Positions 1 to 11,665 are shown, counted from the first letter of the stretch. The stretch: 45,841 bases of DNA from Octopus bimaculoides (GCF_001194135.2 NC_068981.1:179080065-179125905); one strand, 5' to 3'. The notes: generated by a model from the sequence alone, not told the origin. Translations and numbers: made by a program.

Positions 1-574
1 CTCTCTCTATCTCTCTCTCTCTCTCTCTCAGTCTATCTGTCTGTTTGTCTATTTATCTATCTTTGCATTTCTTCGTTTAGAAGCGAAGAAGGTGCATACA
101 TGTTGAAAGGAGGAGCTGACAGTGTTTCAGTTACATATATAGTTGCACATATATAAACTCCATTATTAGTACGTATATCTATGTACACATGAATGTGTAT
201 GAGTGTGTATATGTGCGCGCGTGCACTCACACATATACACACACACACATACATGCATACACACATACATACATACATACATACATACACACTACCTATA
301 TATGTATGTTTAAATTTTATTATTTATCTCTTGTTATTTTATCTCTCTTGAGGCCACCAACCACATTAATTACCTCGACGAATTCTCTTTATCTCTACCT
401 CATGTTTCTTTAATTCCTTCAAATCTTTCCTCCCCTTCCATGTTCTCTTTATTTCAATTCACTGTTTTCTCTCACTGTTGCCAATTCAGTCGTCTTATTT
501 TATTCCTTTAGCTTGGCTCCTTTTATATCGTTGAAAAAAAAAAAAATTTGCTTGAAAATAAAATTCTTTTTGCA

Positions 575-613
<39 letters not shown>

Positions 614-731
614 TCATTTAGAGTTAGATTTTCTTTTTCTTTGGCTGATTATTATGGCTTGTTTTTCCACAGCTGCAGACACGAAGGAAAAGAGAGAGAG
701 AGAGGAAGAAAGAAAGAAAGAGAGAGAGAGG

Positions 732-765
<34 letters not shown>

Positions 766-885
766 AGATTACCGAGAGAGAGAGAAGATTACCGAGAGAA
801 ACAGAGAGAGAGAGAGGGGGACTAAAAGAGAGAGAGATTGTGAGAGAGAGAGTGAGAGAGAGACCGAGAGAAAGGGAGTGGGAGA
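1..885. repeat. Cluster of (CT)n, (TACA)n, (TG)n and GA-rich simple repeats
   Basis: Read directly from the sequence. It explains the low-complexity ORFs at 57-913. Confidence 0.95.
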
Positions 886-1103
886 GAAACCAGGCTTTGA
901 TCTAAAATGCTAAGATTGTCAGATTCAGTGGAGTAGGACAACCCGATAGACACCAGCTTGCACAATGGCAACCAACTAAGCGAGGGAGACGGAATCTTCT
1001 TCACGACGAATGTTGCTGGTGAATTAGAGGCATGTTCGGTAAAAATTAATGTTTATATATTAGAATATGTATGCGTCAGTATGTCTGTGTGTGTACATAC
1101 ACA

Positions 1104-1149
<46 letters not shown>

Positions 1150-2515
1150 TGATATATAAATGTGTGTGTATGGGTGCGTGTGTGTATCTGTATGTATGTA
1201 TAATTCTACATTCATACCGTCGAGTAGCATATTACTGGTTACTGGTTACAGAATATAACCGGTGAGAAATTTACAGACGGTTTCGTGCTTACTGTTACAC
1301 TTGATAATATTGACGATTTTTCTCACTTACTAGCCGGAAGCACTTACTCTCTTTTAAGCTGGAAGTGAATATGCAACCAAAGTTCACTCAGTGGTGATGA
1401 AAAGAAGAAAGAAACAAGATAAGAAAATACTTCCGAATTCAAAAAGCGAGATTCTTATTCGCTGCCTTTATGATAGAAAATTTGTTTTGGTAACGTGATC
1501 TTCCCCTATTACGGACTAAAGAACGGAAAACAATTACATAGGAACAGCTGACTCCTGTCAACCACAGCTAACATCTTCTCATTCTATCCTAGAAAGTGTT
1601 ATACCTTTCCATTGTTTTTTTTTTTCATTTCCTTTCATTTCTTATCACCATCAAGTGAACGGGGACTGTATATTCATTTCCGGCATAAAAGAGGCTATGC
1701 GCATCCAACTTGAAGAGTCAACAGTATTACCAAATGTAATAGTAAGTTGCTGTAAAAATGTGGATAACTTTCTGACTGGTTATATTCGATGATCAACAAA
1801 ATACTACTTGACAAAATAAAACAATATAACCACCCAAATCCCGCTTTAGAGCGCGCTCCTTTTTTGATTTCTGAACAACACAACTAACCGGTAATTATAC
1901 AAATAATAAGAGAAAATAGAAAGTTTCTGACAATGCGGAAATAAAAAAAAACAACAAAAAACCCCCCCAAAAAACCCTTCATATTTCTGACCCATCTTCA
2001 GAAGAAAAAATACATTCTGAGAAAAGTCAAGTTATGTAGGTTCGTTTAATCCATTCAAGCGAACTACAATGCTCTTATATATATATATATATATNNNNNN
2101 NNNNNNNNNNNNNNNNNNNNNNNNNNNNNNNNNNNNNNNNNNNNNNNNNNNNNNNNNNNNNNNNNNNNNNNNNNNNNNNNNNNNNNNNNNNNNNNNNNNN
2201 NNNNNNNNNNNNNNNNNNNNNNNNNNNNNNNNNNNNNNNNNNNNNNNNNNNNNNNNNNNNNNNNNNNNNNNNNNNNNNNNNNNNNNNNNNNNNNNNNNNN
2301 NNNNNNNNNNNNNNNNNNNNNNNNNNNNNNNNNNNNNNNNNNNNNNNNNNNNNNNNNNNNNNNNNNNNNNNNNNNNNNNNNNNNNNNNNNNNNNNNNNNN
2401 NNNNNNNNNNNNNNNNNNNNNNNNNNNNNNNNNNNNNNNNNNNNNNNNNNNNNNNNNNNNNNNNNNNNNNNNNNNNNNNNNNNNNNNNNNNNNNNNNNNN
2501 NNNNNNNNNNNNNNN

Positions 2516-2555
<40 letters not shown>

Positions 2556-2613
2556 CTGGGTATGAGTATAAACTATATCCGGTAGTGGGACTCTGCGGTC
2601 CTAGTTTCAGGGT

Positions 2614-2790
2614 TTGAGGAGTGTGGAACCACCTCTTAGCCAGGTTGTGAAGGTCAGTGAAGTAGATAGAAGAGAAAAGGAGCGGGAGTATGTAGAGAAA
2701 CTGAGAGGTGAATATGAACAGGTTAAGAAACAGGAGGTAGGAGTCGTGGAAGAAGATTTGGGGGCTTTTAGAGAGGCAGTAATGAGATGT
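2614..2790 (+). mobile_element. Decayed fragment of an RTE-like LINE ORF (endonuclease-RT linker region)
   Basis: The ORF track gives VVKVSEVDRREKEREYVEKLRGEYEQVKKQEVGVVEEDLGAFREAVMRC. The VV(K/R)VSE...EEx(W)xxFREAVMxC pattern resembles the helical linker of RTE-clade elements as I recall it. No search was run. Confidence 0.5.
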
Positions 2791-2943
2791 GTCTCTGTAT
2801 TTAAAAAAAATTTTTAATAATATAAATTTTACACTTTAGTTCATAGATCTAGTAAGTTCTTTGTTAACTTGGGTGGTTAGATTTTTTCCAAAAATTCCTT
2901 GTTAATTTTTCTGGAGAACTTTCTTGATTTCGTTGTCAAACAG

Positions 2944-3011
2944 ATCTGAAGGTTTGGGGCTTTGTGATTCAAATCCCATATATAGAATCACAAAGTCCCA
3001 AACCCTCAGAT
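2944..3011. repeat. 27-bp inverted repeat (hairpin) with 14-nt loop
   Basis: 2944-2970 ATCTGAAGGTTTGGGGCTTTGTGATTC versus 2985-3011 GAATCACAAAGTCCCAAACCCTCAGAT: 25 of 27 positions are complementary. Confidence 0.9.
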
Positions 3012-3476
3012 ATATGTATAAATATCTGTGTATATGTATGTATGTATGTATGTATGTATCTATCTCTCTATCTATGCATATGTATGTATATATGTATATA
3101 TCTATCTATGCATATGTATGCATATGTATGTATATAAGTATNNNNNNNNNNNNNNNNNNNNNNNNNNNNNNNNNNNNNNNNNNNNNNNNNNNNNNNNNNN
3201 NNNNNNNNNNNNNNNNNNNNNNNNNNNNNNNNNNNNNNNNNNNNNNNNNNNNNNNNNNNNNNNNNNNNNNNNNNNNNNNNNNNNNNNNNNNNNNNNNNNN
3301 NNNNNNNNNNNNNNNNNNNNNNNNNNNNGTAAAGCTATTCAAGACTTCCAGCAGTAGAATATGTTATATTATATGAACGCAACACACTCTGCTCCTTGAG
3401 GTATTCAATACGCTTTTGTATGTGTAAATTTTGTTCACACGAACCAAGTACAAGAATGTTAATTAGCTCCCCTGTC

Positions 3477-3601
3477 TCTTGGAGTTAGTAGCCCACGCTC
3501 TTAACCACTACGCCATATGCCCGTGGACATATGGCGTAGTGGTTAAGAGCGCAGGTTACTAACCCCAAGATTCCGAGTTCGATTCCAAGCAGTGACCTGA
3601 A

Positions 3602-3632
<31 letters not shown>

Positions 3633-3802
3633 GCTACTGCTACTACTAATAATAACAACAACATCGAAGAATACTTTAGGAATGAGAACCCAGGTTCGAA
3701 ATTTCCCCAAGACACCTGAAGAAGGCTGGAGGGTATATCAGCCGATCCGTTGTGTTAACAACAAACAAGATGAGGACAAATATGAATAAATGTAGATAAT
3801 GT
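3477..3802 (+). mobile_element. Non-autonomous element: head-to-head tRNA-like palindrome, (ACT)n tract and degenerate hammerhead motif
   Basis: 43-bp inverted repeat (3477-3519 and 3528-3570, 4 mismatches). A box TGGCGTAGTGG at 3532-3542 and B box GAGTTCGATTCC at 3575-3586. Hammerhead-like fold at 3711-3756. Confidence 0.65.
3711..3756 (+). ncRNA. Degenerate minimal type I hammerhead ribozyme motif (GAAA replaced by GATC, probably inactive)
   Basis: Stem I GACAC/GTGTT, core CTGAAGA, extra A, stem II GGCTG/CAGCC, then GATC-C-GTT where GAAA-C-GUH is expected. Confidence 0.55.
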
Positions 3803-4061
3803 AAAAAAAAGTGTAGATTTACTTGTTATACTAACACAATATACTGATTTCTACCTGAGACACAAAATCTCAAATTTGGAAAAGGGACCTCAGTATGTAG
3901 GTCTTTACTTTACTGATGCTGGAAAGATGAAAGGCAAAGCTGACCGTGGTGTGGTTTGAACTCAGAACATCAAGAGGTAGTTTGATGCTTTAATGCTTTT
4001 ACCACTCATCACATTAGACAGAAAAAACAGACCCAGTTATTCTTGAATCTATGATACACCA

Positions 4062-4325
4062 CAGTGTTTCTCAACCATTTTTTTTTTTTAGCTATGAACC
4101 CACCTATTGATTTTCATTTTACTCCAATGGACCCTCTTAGCCATTCGATGTTTAAAAAATCTAATTATATTTTTATAATTAAATATTATTAGGAACTGTG
4201 TAAAAAATAGTTTTAAATATTTCGTGTATCGGTGAAGTGTAACCGATATATTGCTGATAAAAATTTTAACCAGGAAATCTTACATGGACCCCAAAGGCTA
4301 TAAGGATCTCCACTGAGAATCACTG
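4062..4325. mobile_element. Decayed hAT-like MITE
   Basis: Left end CAGTGTTTCTCA (4062) and right end TGAGAATCACTG (4314-4325) are 11/12 inverted and of the CAGTG...TCTCA type. The flanking 8-mers match only 5/8. Confidence 0.5.
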
Positions 4326-4492
4326 ATATAATATCTACATTGTAGATTGTATCAGTGAAATCAACCAATGTTTATATCAAGCAATTAGGTGTCAGTAAGC
4401 ACATTGGACTACGACAACCGTTTTCGACCTGACAAATGCCAGCATCAAGTAAATATGAAATTTATATCTTTTCTCTTCTTGTTAATGATTCT

Positions 4493-4659
4493 AGGTGCGG
4501 GTGTGGCTGTGTGGTAAGAAGATTGCTTCCCAACAACAAGGTTCCGGCTTCTGTCCCACTATGTGGCACCTTGGGCAAGTGTCTTCTACTATAGCCCCTG
4601 ATCAAACAAAGCCTTGTGAGTGGATCTGGAAAATGGAAACTGAAAAGATGCCCGTTATA

Positions 4660-4701
<42 letters not shown>

Positions 4702-4711
4702 NNNNNNNNNN

Positions 4712-4752
<41 letters not shown>

Positions 4753-4867
4753 AAACAGACATAGATCCTGGTCAGCTCTCCAGCTGACCATCTCTTATCA
4801 AAGCATCCAACCCATGCCAGCGTGGAAAATGGACGTTAAATGATGATGGTGGTGGTGGTGGTGGTCG

Positions 4868-4904
<37 letters not shown>

Positions 4905-5098
4905 ATATATCTGTACATACTATGTGTGTGTGTCTTTGTTTGTGTTTGTGTTTGTCCCATTCCATCACTCGGCAATCCGTTTTGAAGTCCTAAATTTTAA
5001 TAAAAATAAGTACTGGAGTCAATTTGTTCGCCTAGACCCTTGAAGGCGGCGCCACCTGCATGACCACAGTGTTATGACTGAAACCTGTAAAAGATAAA
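4493..5098 (+). mobile_element. SINE family 2 (tRNA-like head, CORE-like CCTTGGGCAAGT domain, internal microsatellite), interrupted by a LINE 3' tail
   Basis: GTGGCTGTGTGGTAAG head, GCACCTTGGGCAAGTGTCTTCTACTATAGCC, and 3' ...TGACTGAAAC. Homologous to the copies at 23374 and 38524. Confidence 0.8.
4769..4902 (+). mobile_element. 5'-truncated LINE 3' tail (RTE-like) with stem-loop and (GAT)n tail
   Basis: 9-bp stem TGGTCAGCT/AGCTGACCA (4769-4790), then CATCCAACCCATGCCAGCGTGGAAAATGGACGTTAAA, then (GAT/GGT)n. The RTE assignment is from recall. Confidence 0.45.
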
Positions 5099-5557
5099 AA
5101 TAAAATGTAATTCTTGTGTTCAGCATAGTTTTAAAAAATTAAAGCCGTCTTAATTTTATTAAACCCATGATTTTTCCGTCCTATTCTCATTTCACACAGC
5201 TATTCATCCAAGTTGCTTCCTTTTCCTTATATAAAGTATGACTAAAACACTCTCTACTGAAAATTAGTCAATAAAGAAAGGCAATAAGATGAGTGTTAGC
5301 CAATATGTAAAGCAAGCTAATACGATGAATCCGAATCCTTACGCTAGAATTAGCGGATAGATCGTTCTGAAATCACACACTCAATAAATTCACACTTATA
5401 AATCAAAACCACACTTATAAATATAAATCTCAGATTGGACGATATATTTTGATGTCAGAATAAACAATGGATAGCCACGACTAGAATATTGTTCTAAGTT
5501 ATTTGCTGACATGGTGGTAAACAGCATGAACAACAGCGTCCATTATTTAGCGTCATC

Positions 5558-5775
5558 AAGGCGGCGAGCAGGCAGGAGCGTTAGTGCGTAAGGCAAAATG
5601 CATAGCTGCATTTCTTCTGTCTTTACGTTCTGAATTCAAATTCTGTCGAGGTCGACTTTGCCTTTCATCCTTTCGGTGTGGATAAAATAAGTACAAGTCA
5701 TATACTGGGGTCGATGTAATCGCTTCCCACCCCTCAAAAACTGCTGGTCCTGTGCCAAAATATGAAACCCGTTTT
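5558..5775 (+). mobile_element. SINE family 3 (tRNA-like head, GAGGTCGACTTTGCCTTTCATCC body)
   Basis: AAGGCGGCGAGCAGGCAG...GAATTCAAATTC...GTCGACTTTGCCTTTCATCCTTTCGG, homologous to 21800-22031 and 29905-30141. Confidence 0.8.
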
Positions 5776-6345
5776 AGCTTCATTCAACTAGTCTAAGAGT
5801 TCGAAAACTATTGAGCAAATTAAATATTTAAGAGCTACGAACAAACAAACCAACGAGAGTTGTTAGAAATAACAGACAAAACATTAAAATATAAACGAGG
5901 AAAGTTAATATTAAAACATTCGCGAGCAAATTATATATTTAAGGCTACGAACAAGCCAGCAGGATTCAAGAACTAAAGTTTGCAATACACTCTAGGATTT
6001 TATAAAATAAATAATCTTTCTCGTATCTCCTTCCCCACATAAATTCACAAATATAAGAGTCAATCATGCCCAGATACTTTCAATTTGTTGAGTTTGAGTC
6101 CCATCTGTTATGAAAGCAAACAATTATAGAACAAGTGGTGTGCAGCATCTTTGGTTATTATGGAAACAGAGTTCTTCGCAATCAGCTATGGAACACGTGG
6201 CTAAAATACCCAAATGTTGCAAATTTTAAAAAGCTAATAACTTTTTAATTATGAATTTATAAGGAAAATGAATTGGTATACAAAACTTAATTCATATACC
6301 AAATTTGAAAACAATTGGAACAAAATTGTAAACAGGAACGAAAAC

Positions 6346-6680
6346 TTCGGCCATGCTGGGTAAGGCCTAGTATTTATTCTTTCGGTTCCTTTGGCCGAAC
6401 CGCTAAGTTACGGAGTCGTAAACACACTAACACTGGGTGTGAAGCGGTAGGGTGGAGGCAAACACAGACACAAAGACGTACGCATACACACACAAACACA
6501 CACACACACTTACATACCACACACACACACATATATACACACACACATACATACGTATATACGACAGGGTTCTTTCAGTTTCCGTCTATCAAATCCACTC
6601 ACTAGTCTCTGGTCAACCCCAGGCTATAGTGGGAGAATCCACCTAAGGTGGCATGTAGCAGGACTGAACCCGCCTAACCC
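6346..6680 (-). mobile_element. SINE family 2, diverged copy
   Basis: Reverse-complement matches to the family 2 body (TTTCAGTTTCCGTCTATCAAATCCACTCAC, GCCGAACCGCTAAGTTACGG) flank an internal (CA/TA) microsatellite. Confidence 0.7.
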
Positions 6681-7240
6681 AATATATATGAGTATGTATG
6701 TATGTATGTATGTATGTATGTATGTATATGCATATATATATATANNNNNNNNNNNNNNNNNNNNNNNNNNNNNNNNNNNNNNNNNNNNNNNNNNNNNNNN
6801 NNNNNNNNNNNNNNNNNNNNNNNNNNNNNNNNNNNNNNNNNNNNNNNNNNNNNNNNNNNNNNNNNNNNNNNNNNNNNNNNNNNNNNNNNNNNNNNNNNNN
6901 NNNNNNNNNNNNNNNNNNNNNNNNNNNNNNNNNNNNNNNNNNNNNNNNNNNNNNNNNNNNNNNNNNNNNNNNNNNNNNNNNNNNNNNNNNNNNNNNNNNN
7001 NNNNNNNNNNNNNNNNNNNNNNNNNNNNNNNNNNNNNNNNNNNNNNNNNNNNNNNNNNNNNNNNNNNNNNNNNNNNNNNNNNNNNNNNNNNNNNNNNNNN
7101 NNNNNNNNNNNNNNNNNNNNNNNNNNNNNNNNNNNNNNNNNNNNNNNNNNNNNNNNNNNNNNNNNNNNNNNNNNNNNNNNNNATACACATATGTATATAT
7201 ATATGTATATGTATATATATATATATTTATATAAGGGCAT

Positions 7241-7278
<38 letters not shown>

Positions 7279-7877
7279 TTGCATATATAAACATATATGT
7301 GTCAGTGCGTACGTGCGTGCGTGTGTGTGTATGCGTGGGTATGTGTGCGTGTGTGTATGCATTAATTTGTGTGCGTGCGTTTAGGAAAAAGCATGAATAC
7401 CACCCACGCACTTAACAACTTCCTATGAAAATGAAAACAATTCATTTTTGTTATTTAAGAAGGTAGGTTGAGACGATATACAATTTAATGGTGAACAAAC
7501 TCTCTGAACTGTGAACTACAAAAACAAAAGAAAAAAAAAAGGAAACTAAAATGTCTCAGAAATTAGTCACATTTATATAGAAGTCATTTATTTTTATATG
7601 AGTCATATCTATTATGTTTTACGGTTTAAATTTGGATTAAACAAAACCTGTGGAAATAGATAAAAGTGTCACACAATCAGACATTATAGAGACAAGTATA
7701 ATTCACAGAATATTTATCAATGATACAAGTAATTAGAGAATATGTGATACTTTTCACTGCGTGAGATGTTACATGAACTGTTTTTAAACACTAATTCATG
7801 CACAGTAATACTAATGTACGTATAAGATTTGTGAAATGAAACTGTCAATAGGGTATATTGAGTTTTTTTATACAATT

Positions 7878-8028
7878 CCCGTGGCTGTATGTTAAGAAGC
7901 TTATATCCCAACGACAAGATTCCGAGTTCAGTACCACTGCACATTGGGCAAGTGCCTTCTACTATAATCTCTGTTATAAAAACTTATGAGTGGATTTGGT
8001 AGACGGAGACTGATAGAAACCCGTCGCG

Positions 8029-8030
<2 letters not shown>
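7878..8030 (+). mobile_element. SINE family 2, 5' half
   Basis: GTGGCTGTATGTTAAG...TTGGGCAAGTGCCTTCTACTATA...GAGTGGATTTGGTAGACGG, followed by (TATC)n. Confidence 0.7.
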
Positions 8031-8083
<53 letters not shown>

Positions 8084-8118
8084 ATGTATAGATATGTATA
8101 CACACACACACACACACA

Positions 8119-8149
<31 letters not shown>

Positions 8150-9629
8150 NNNNNNNNNNNNNNNNNNNNNNNNNNNNNNNNNNNNNNNNNNNNNNNNNNN
8201 NNNNNNNNNNNNNNNNNNNNNNNNNNNNNNNNNNNNNNNNNNNNNNNNNNNNNNNNNNNNNNNNNNNNNNNNNNNNNNNNNNNNNNNNNNNNNNNNNNNN
8301 NNNNNNNNNNNNNNNNNNNNNNNNNNNNNNNNNNNNNNNNNNNNNNNNNNNNNNNNNNNNNNNNNNNNNNNNNNNNNNNNNNNNNNNNNNNNNNNNNNNN
8401 NNNNNNNNNNNNNNNNNNNNNNNNNNNNNNNNNNNNNNNNNNNNNNNNNNNNNNNNNNNNNNNNNNNNNNNNNNNNNNNNNNNNNNNNNNNNNNNNNNNN
8501 NNNNNNNNNNNNNNNNNNNNNNNNNNNNNNNNNNNNNNNNNNNNNNNNNNNTATATATATGCATATATTTGTGTAATCGACTTATGCCCTCCCCGAAAAT
8601 TTGAGGCCTCGCACCTAGAGTAGAAAGGATTTATATTCGATTAATTTCATCAAATTAACCCTTTACCTGTCCATGACAGTATCATACACATTCGGGGTCG
8701 ATAAAATAAGTACCAGTTGAATACCGGGATCGATTTAATCGACTTAGCTCCTCCCGCGATATTGCTGGCCTTGTGCCAAAATTTGAAACCAATATTATAA
8801 TCCTTCGCAAGTTTATGGGAAAACCCCCTTCATAACCTTTTTGTGGTATGCAAAATGTCGTACATATGTGTATGTCTTTACATTTAAACAAAATGTTAGC
8901 CTAGATATGCAGTGTAACAAAAGGACTATAAAAAATAAGCATACTCAACACAGAGATATTGACGTCAAAAGAAAAAAATAGATGAATTAGAAAAAGAGTG
9001 AAGAAAGGAAGAAATGATATAGACTACATTCCAAATCTTCTACAACTCGAACTGTTCAGCAGATGTACGATTAGTCAATGGTGGAAAATACTGAGAAGAA
9101 TCAATAGATAAGCTATAGAACTTTAATCCTGCATTATTTCGGCTTGATCCATTAAAAATACAAAACGTATTAGACACCGAGCCAAGTTAACAAATAGATT
9201 TTGTTGACTTCGAACGTCTGAAATCTTACGGTAGTCATTGTTAAAATGCACAGATTACCAGTGAGAAAGAAAGAGAGAGGGAGAGAGAAGGGGGCATTTT
9301 AGAAATTTTCTTAAAATGGCTACAAATATCACAGGTTCAATTTATTTCGAAGGTTCTGCAAATCATAAATGAAATCTTTCAATTCATGAAGGCTGCATAA
9401 AGATTAATACTGGAAATATTTAACTGTTCTTTACCAACACATTTTCTTCTCTTCCTCCTTTCTTTTTTAGTTTTGTGCTTTTATTTCAAATTATTTTTAT
9501 GCATAAGAGCTTTATATTTTTCCTCGGTCTGTCACAGGCTTACTAGCTTTACAAAGATGTTTAAATCAATTAAGTAAATAAGCCTATACATACATACATA
9601 CATACATACATACATACATACATACATAC

Positions 9630-10089
9630 ATAATACTGGGATATATAACGAACTGCCTCAACAAAAACTTGGAAAAATTAGGGTTCTCAAAACCTGAAAG
9701 AAAAAGGCTGATTAGAAGACTACAGATTCAAACTATCAATGGAACTGTAAAGATTTGTAAAACTTTCCAAAAATTTAGCACATAAATACATATGCATGCA
9801 TCTAGACATGAAAATATATACATAAAAACGCATCCATAAAACAAACATACAAATCTGCGCATAAATACATATGCATACGCCTAGACATGAAAATATATAC
9901 ATAAAAACGCATCCATAAAACAAACATACAAATCTGCGCATACACTAACACCAAATACTGCACACACACACATATGCACAAATACCTAGATGATGTTGAT
10001 AAAAGTTCCAATGAAGGAGCCTTGAATCTATGTTAGAGTCCGGCTCTTTCTCTATTGACAAGAAATACAGAAATGAAACTGATTGTTAA
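9630..10089 (+). mobile_element. 5'-truncated REL-type (R4/Dong-like) non-LTR retrotransposon, TACA-associated lineage, copy A
   Basis: 9630-9785 encodes IILGYITNCLNKNLEKLGFSKPERKRLIRRLQIQTINGTVKICKTFQKFST*, homologous to the C-terminus at 22250-22410. The 3' UTR is shared with 19659-19765 and 22525-22637. Flanked by (TACA)n on both sides. Confidence 0.75.
9781..9942 (+). repeat. 79-bp tandem duplication inside the 3' UTR of copy A
   Basis: Units start at 9781 and 9860 (CATAAATACATATGCAT...CAAATCTGCG) and differ at 3 positions. Confidence 0.9.
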
Positions 10090-10167
10090 CATACATACAT
10101 ACATGATACATAAATGAAAACATACATACATAGCAACAGAATACATACATAAATACATGCATACATA

Positions 10168-10410
10168 ACAACAAGATACATGCCAACCCAGCTGGGGCAA
10201 AGTATGGCTGAAATTGGGATCTTGGTGAGAGAATACATATCCTGAATCGATATGCTATAAACGATTACGATATCTGGGACTTCAATAATCTGCAAGGCCT
10301 TCTTAGAATTTAGAAGTATGGTGGTTAAAACAAAATACTTTGCTTCACAACCTCGCTACCAAGCAGGTGGCCGGCCAAAATTTACTCTAAAGTTAAAAAG
10401 AGAAAGAGAA
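10168..10410 (+). mobile_element. 5'-truncated REL-type retrotransposon, divergent subfamily, copy B
   Basis: From 10177, YMPTQLGQSMAEIGILVREYIS*IDML*TITISGTSIICKAFLEF aligns without gaps over 45 codons with the copy A C-terminus (shared Y, L, G, I, L, TI.GT..ICK.F..F). (TACA)-type repeat on both sides. Confidence 0.6.
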
Positions 10411-10583
10411 CATACATATATACATATATAAGATGGTATAAATACCTAATTATAAAGATCCAACATAAATTTGAACGCAAAAGGTATTTATTAAACAACT
10501 TCACTTAATCACGCTCTACGTAAAGTTTCATAGATGCAAAGGCAACGTATTACCTATCAATACATATTTGTGTGTGTGTGTGT

Positions 10584-10617
<34 letters not shown>

Positions 10618-11429
10618 NNNNNNNNNNNNNNNNNNNNNNNNNNNNNNNNNNNNNNNNNNNNNNNNNNNNNNNNNNNNNNNNNNNNNNNNNNNNNNNNNNN
10701 NNNNNNNNNNNNNNNNNNNNNNNNNNNNNNNNNNNNNNNNNNNNNNNNNNNNNNNNNNNNNNNNNNNNNNNNNNNNNNNNNNNNNNNNNNNNNNNNNNNN
10801 NNNNNNNNNNNNNNNNNNNNNNNNNNNNNNNNNNNNNNNNNNNNNNNNNNNNNNNNNNNNNNNNNNNNNNNNNNNNNNNNNNNNNNNNNNNNNNNNNNNN
10901 NNNNNNNNNNNNNNNNNNNNNNNNNNNNNNNNNNNNNNNNNNNNNNNNNNNNNNNNNNNNNNNNNNNNNNNNNNNNNNNNNNNNNNNNNNNNNNNNNNNN
11001 NNNNNNNNNNNNNNNNNNNNNNNNNNNNNNNNNNNNNNNNNNNNNNNNNNNNNNNNNNNNNNNNNNNNNNNNNNNNNNNNNNNNNNNNNNNNNNNNNNNN
11101 NNNNNNNNNNNNNNNNNNNNNNNNNNNNNNNNNNNNNNNNNNNNNNNNNNNNNNNNNNNNNNNNNNNNNNNNNNNNNNNNNNNNNNNNNNNNNNNNNNNN
11201 NNNNNNNNNNNNNNNNNNNNNNNNNNNNNNNNNNNNNNNNNNNNNNNNNNNNNNNNNNNNNNNNNNNNNNNNNNNNNNNNNNNNNNNNNNNNNNNNNNNN
11301 NNNNNNNNNNNNNNNNNNTATATATATATATTTATGTGCATGTGTGTCCGTCCTGAGCGTTCAGCTTTTGCAGAACGACCTGCACAAATGATTCGTTCAT
11401 AGTGATCAAATGTCCGTGCCCCACATTAG

Positions 11430-11626
11430 CTCACTCTCTCCATCAAATCGGTGATTGTCTGAACAGATGCACGGAGTACCACGGGTGAGGTATCGACGTT
11501 ATCGCAGAGCAACTTGAGATGAAGTGTTTTGCTCAAAAACACAGCACACCACTCAGTCTAGGAATTGAAACCACGGTCGCTAGATCGCGAGTGCAACACC
11601 TTAACCATTAAGCCATGCGCCCTCAC
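11430..11626 (-). mobile_element. SINE family 4 (tRNA-like head, TTGAGCAAAACACTTCATCTC central domain)
   Basis: The reverse complement reads GTGAGGGCGCATGGCTTAATGGTTAAGG (A box)...GGTTTCAATTCC (B box)...TTGAGCAAAACACTTCATCTCAAGTTGCTC. Confidence 0.6.
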
Positions 11627-11665
11627 ACACACACGCGCGCGCGCAGACACACAGATATGTGTATG

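Noticed and set aside
910-1022. Peptide KRGRRNLLHDECCW resembling an insulin-family A-chain start
   Set aside because: It stops right after CCW, the remaining cysteines are absent, and there is no B chain or signal peptide nearby.
1981-2005. Minus-strand CTGAAGATGGGTCAGAAATATG as a hammerhead
   Set aside because: There is no foldable stem II, and position 17 would be G.
3528-3590. Genuine tRNA gene (also considered for all SINE heads)
   Set aside because: A and B boxes are present but there is no complete cloverleaf or acceptor stem. The heads continue into repeat bodies that recur in the window.
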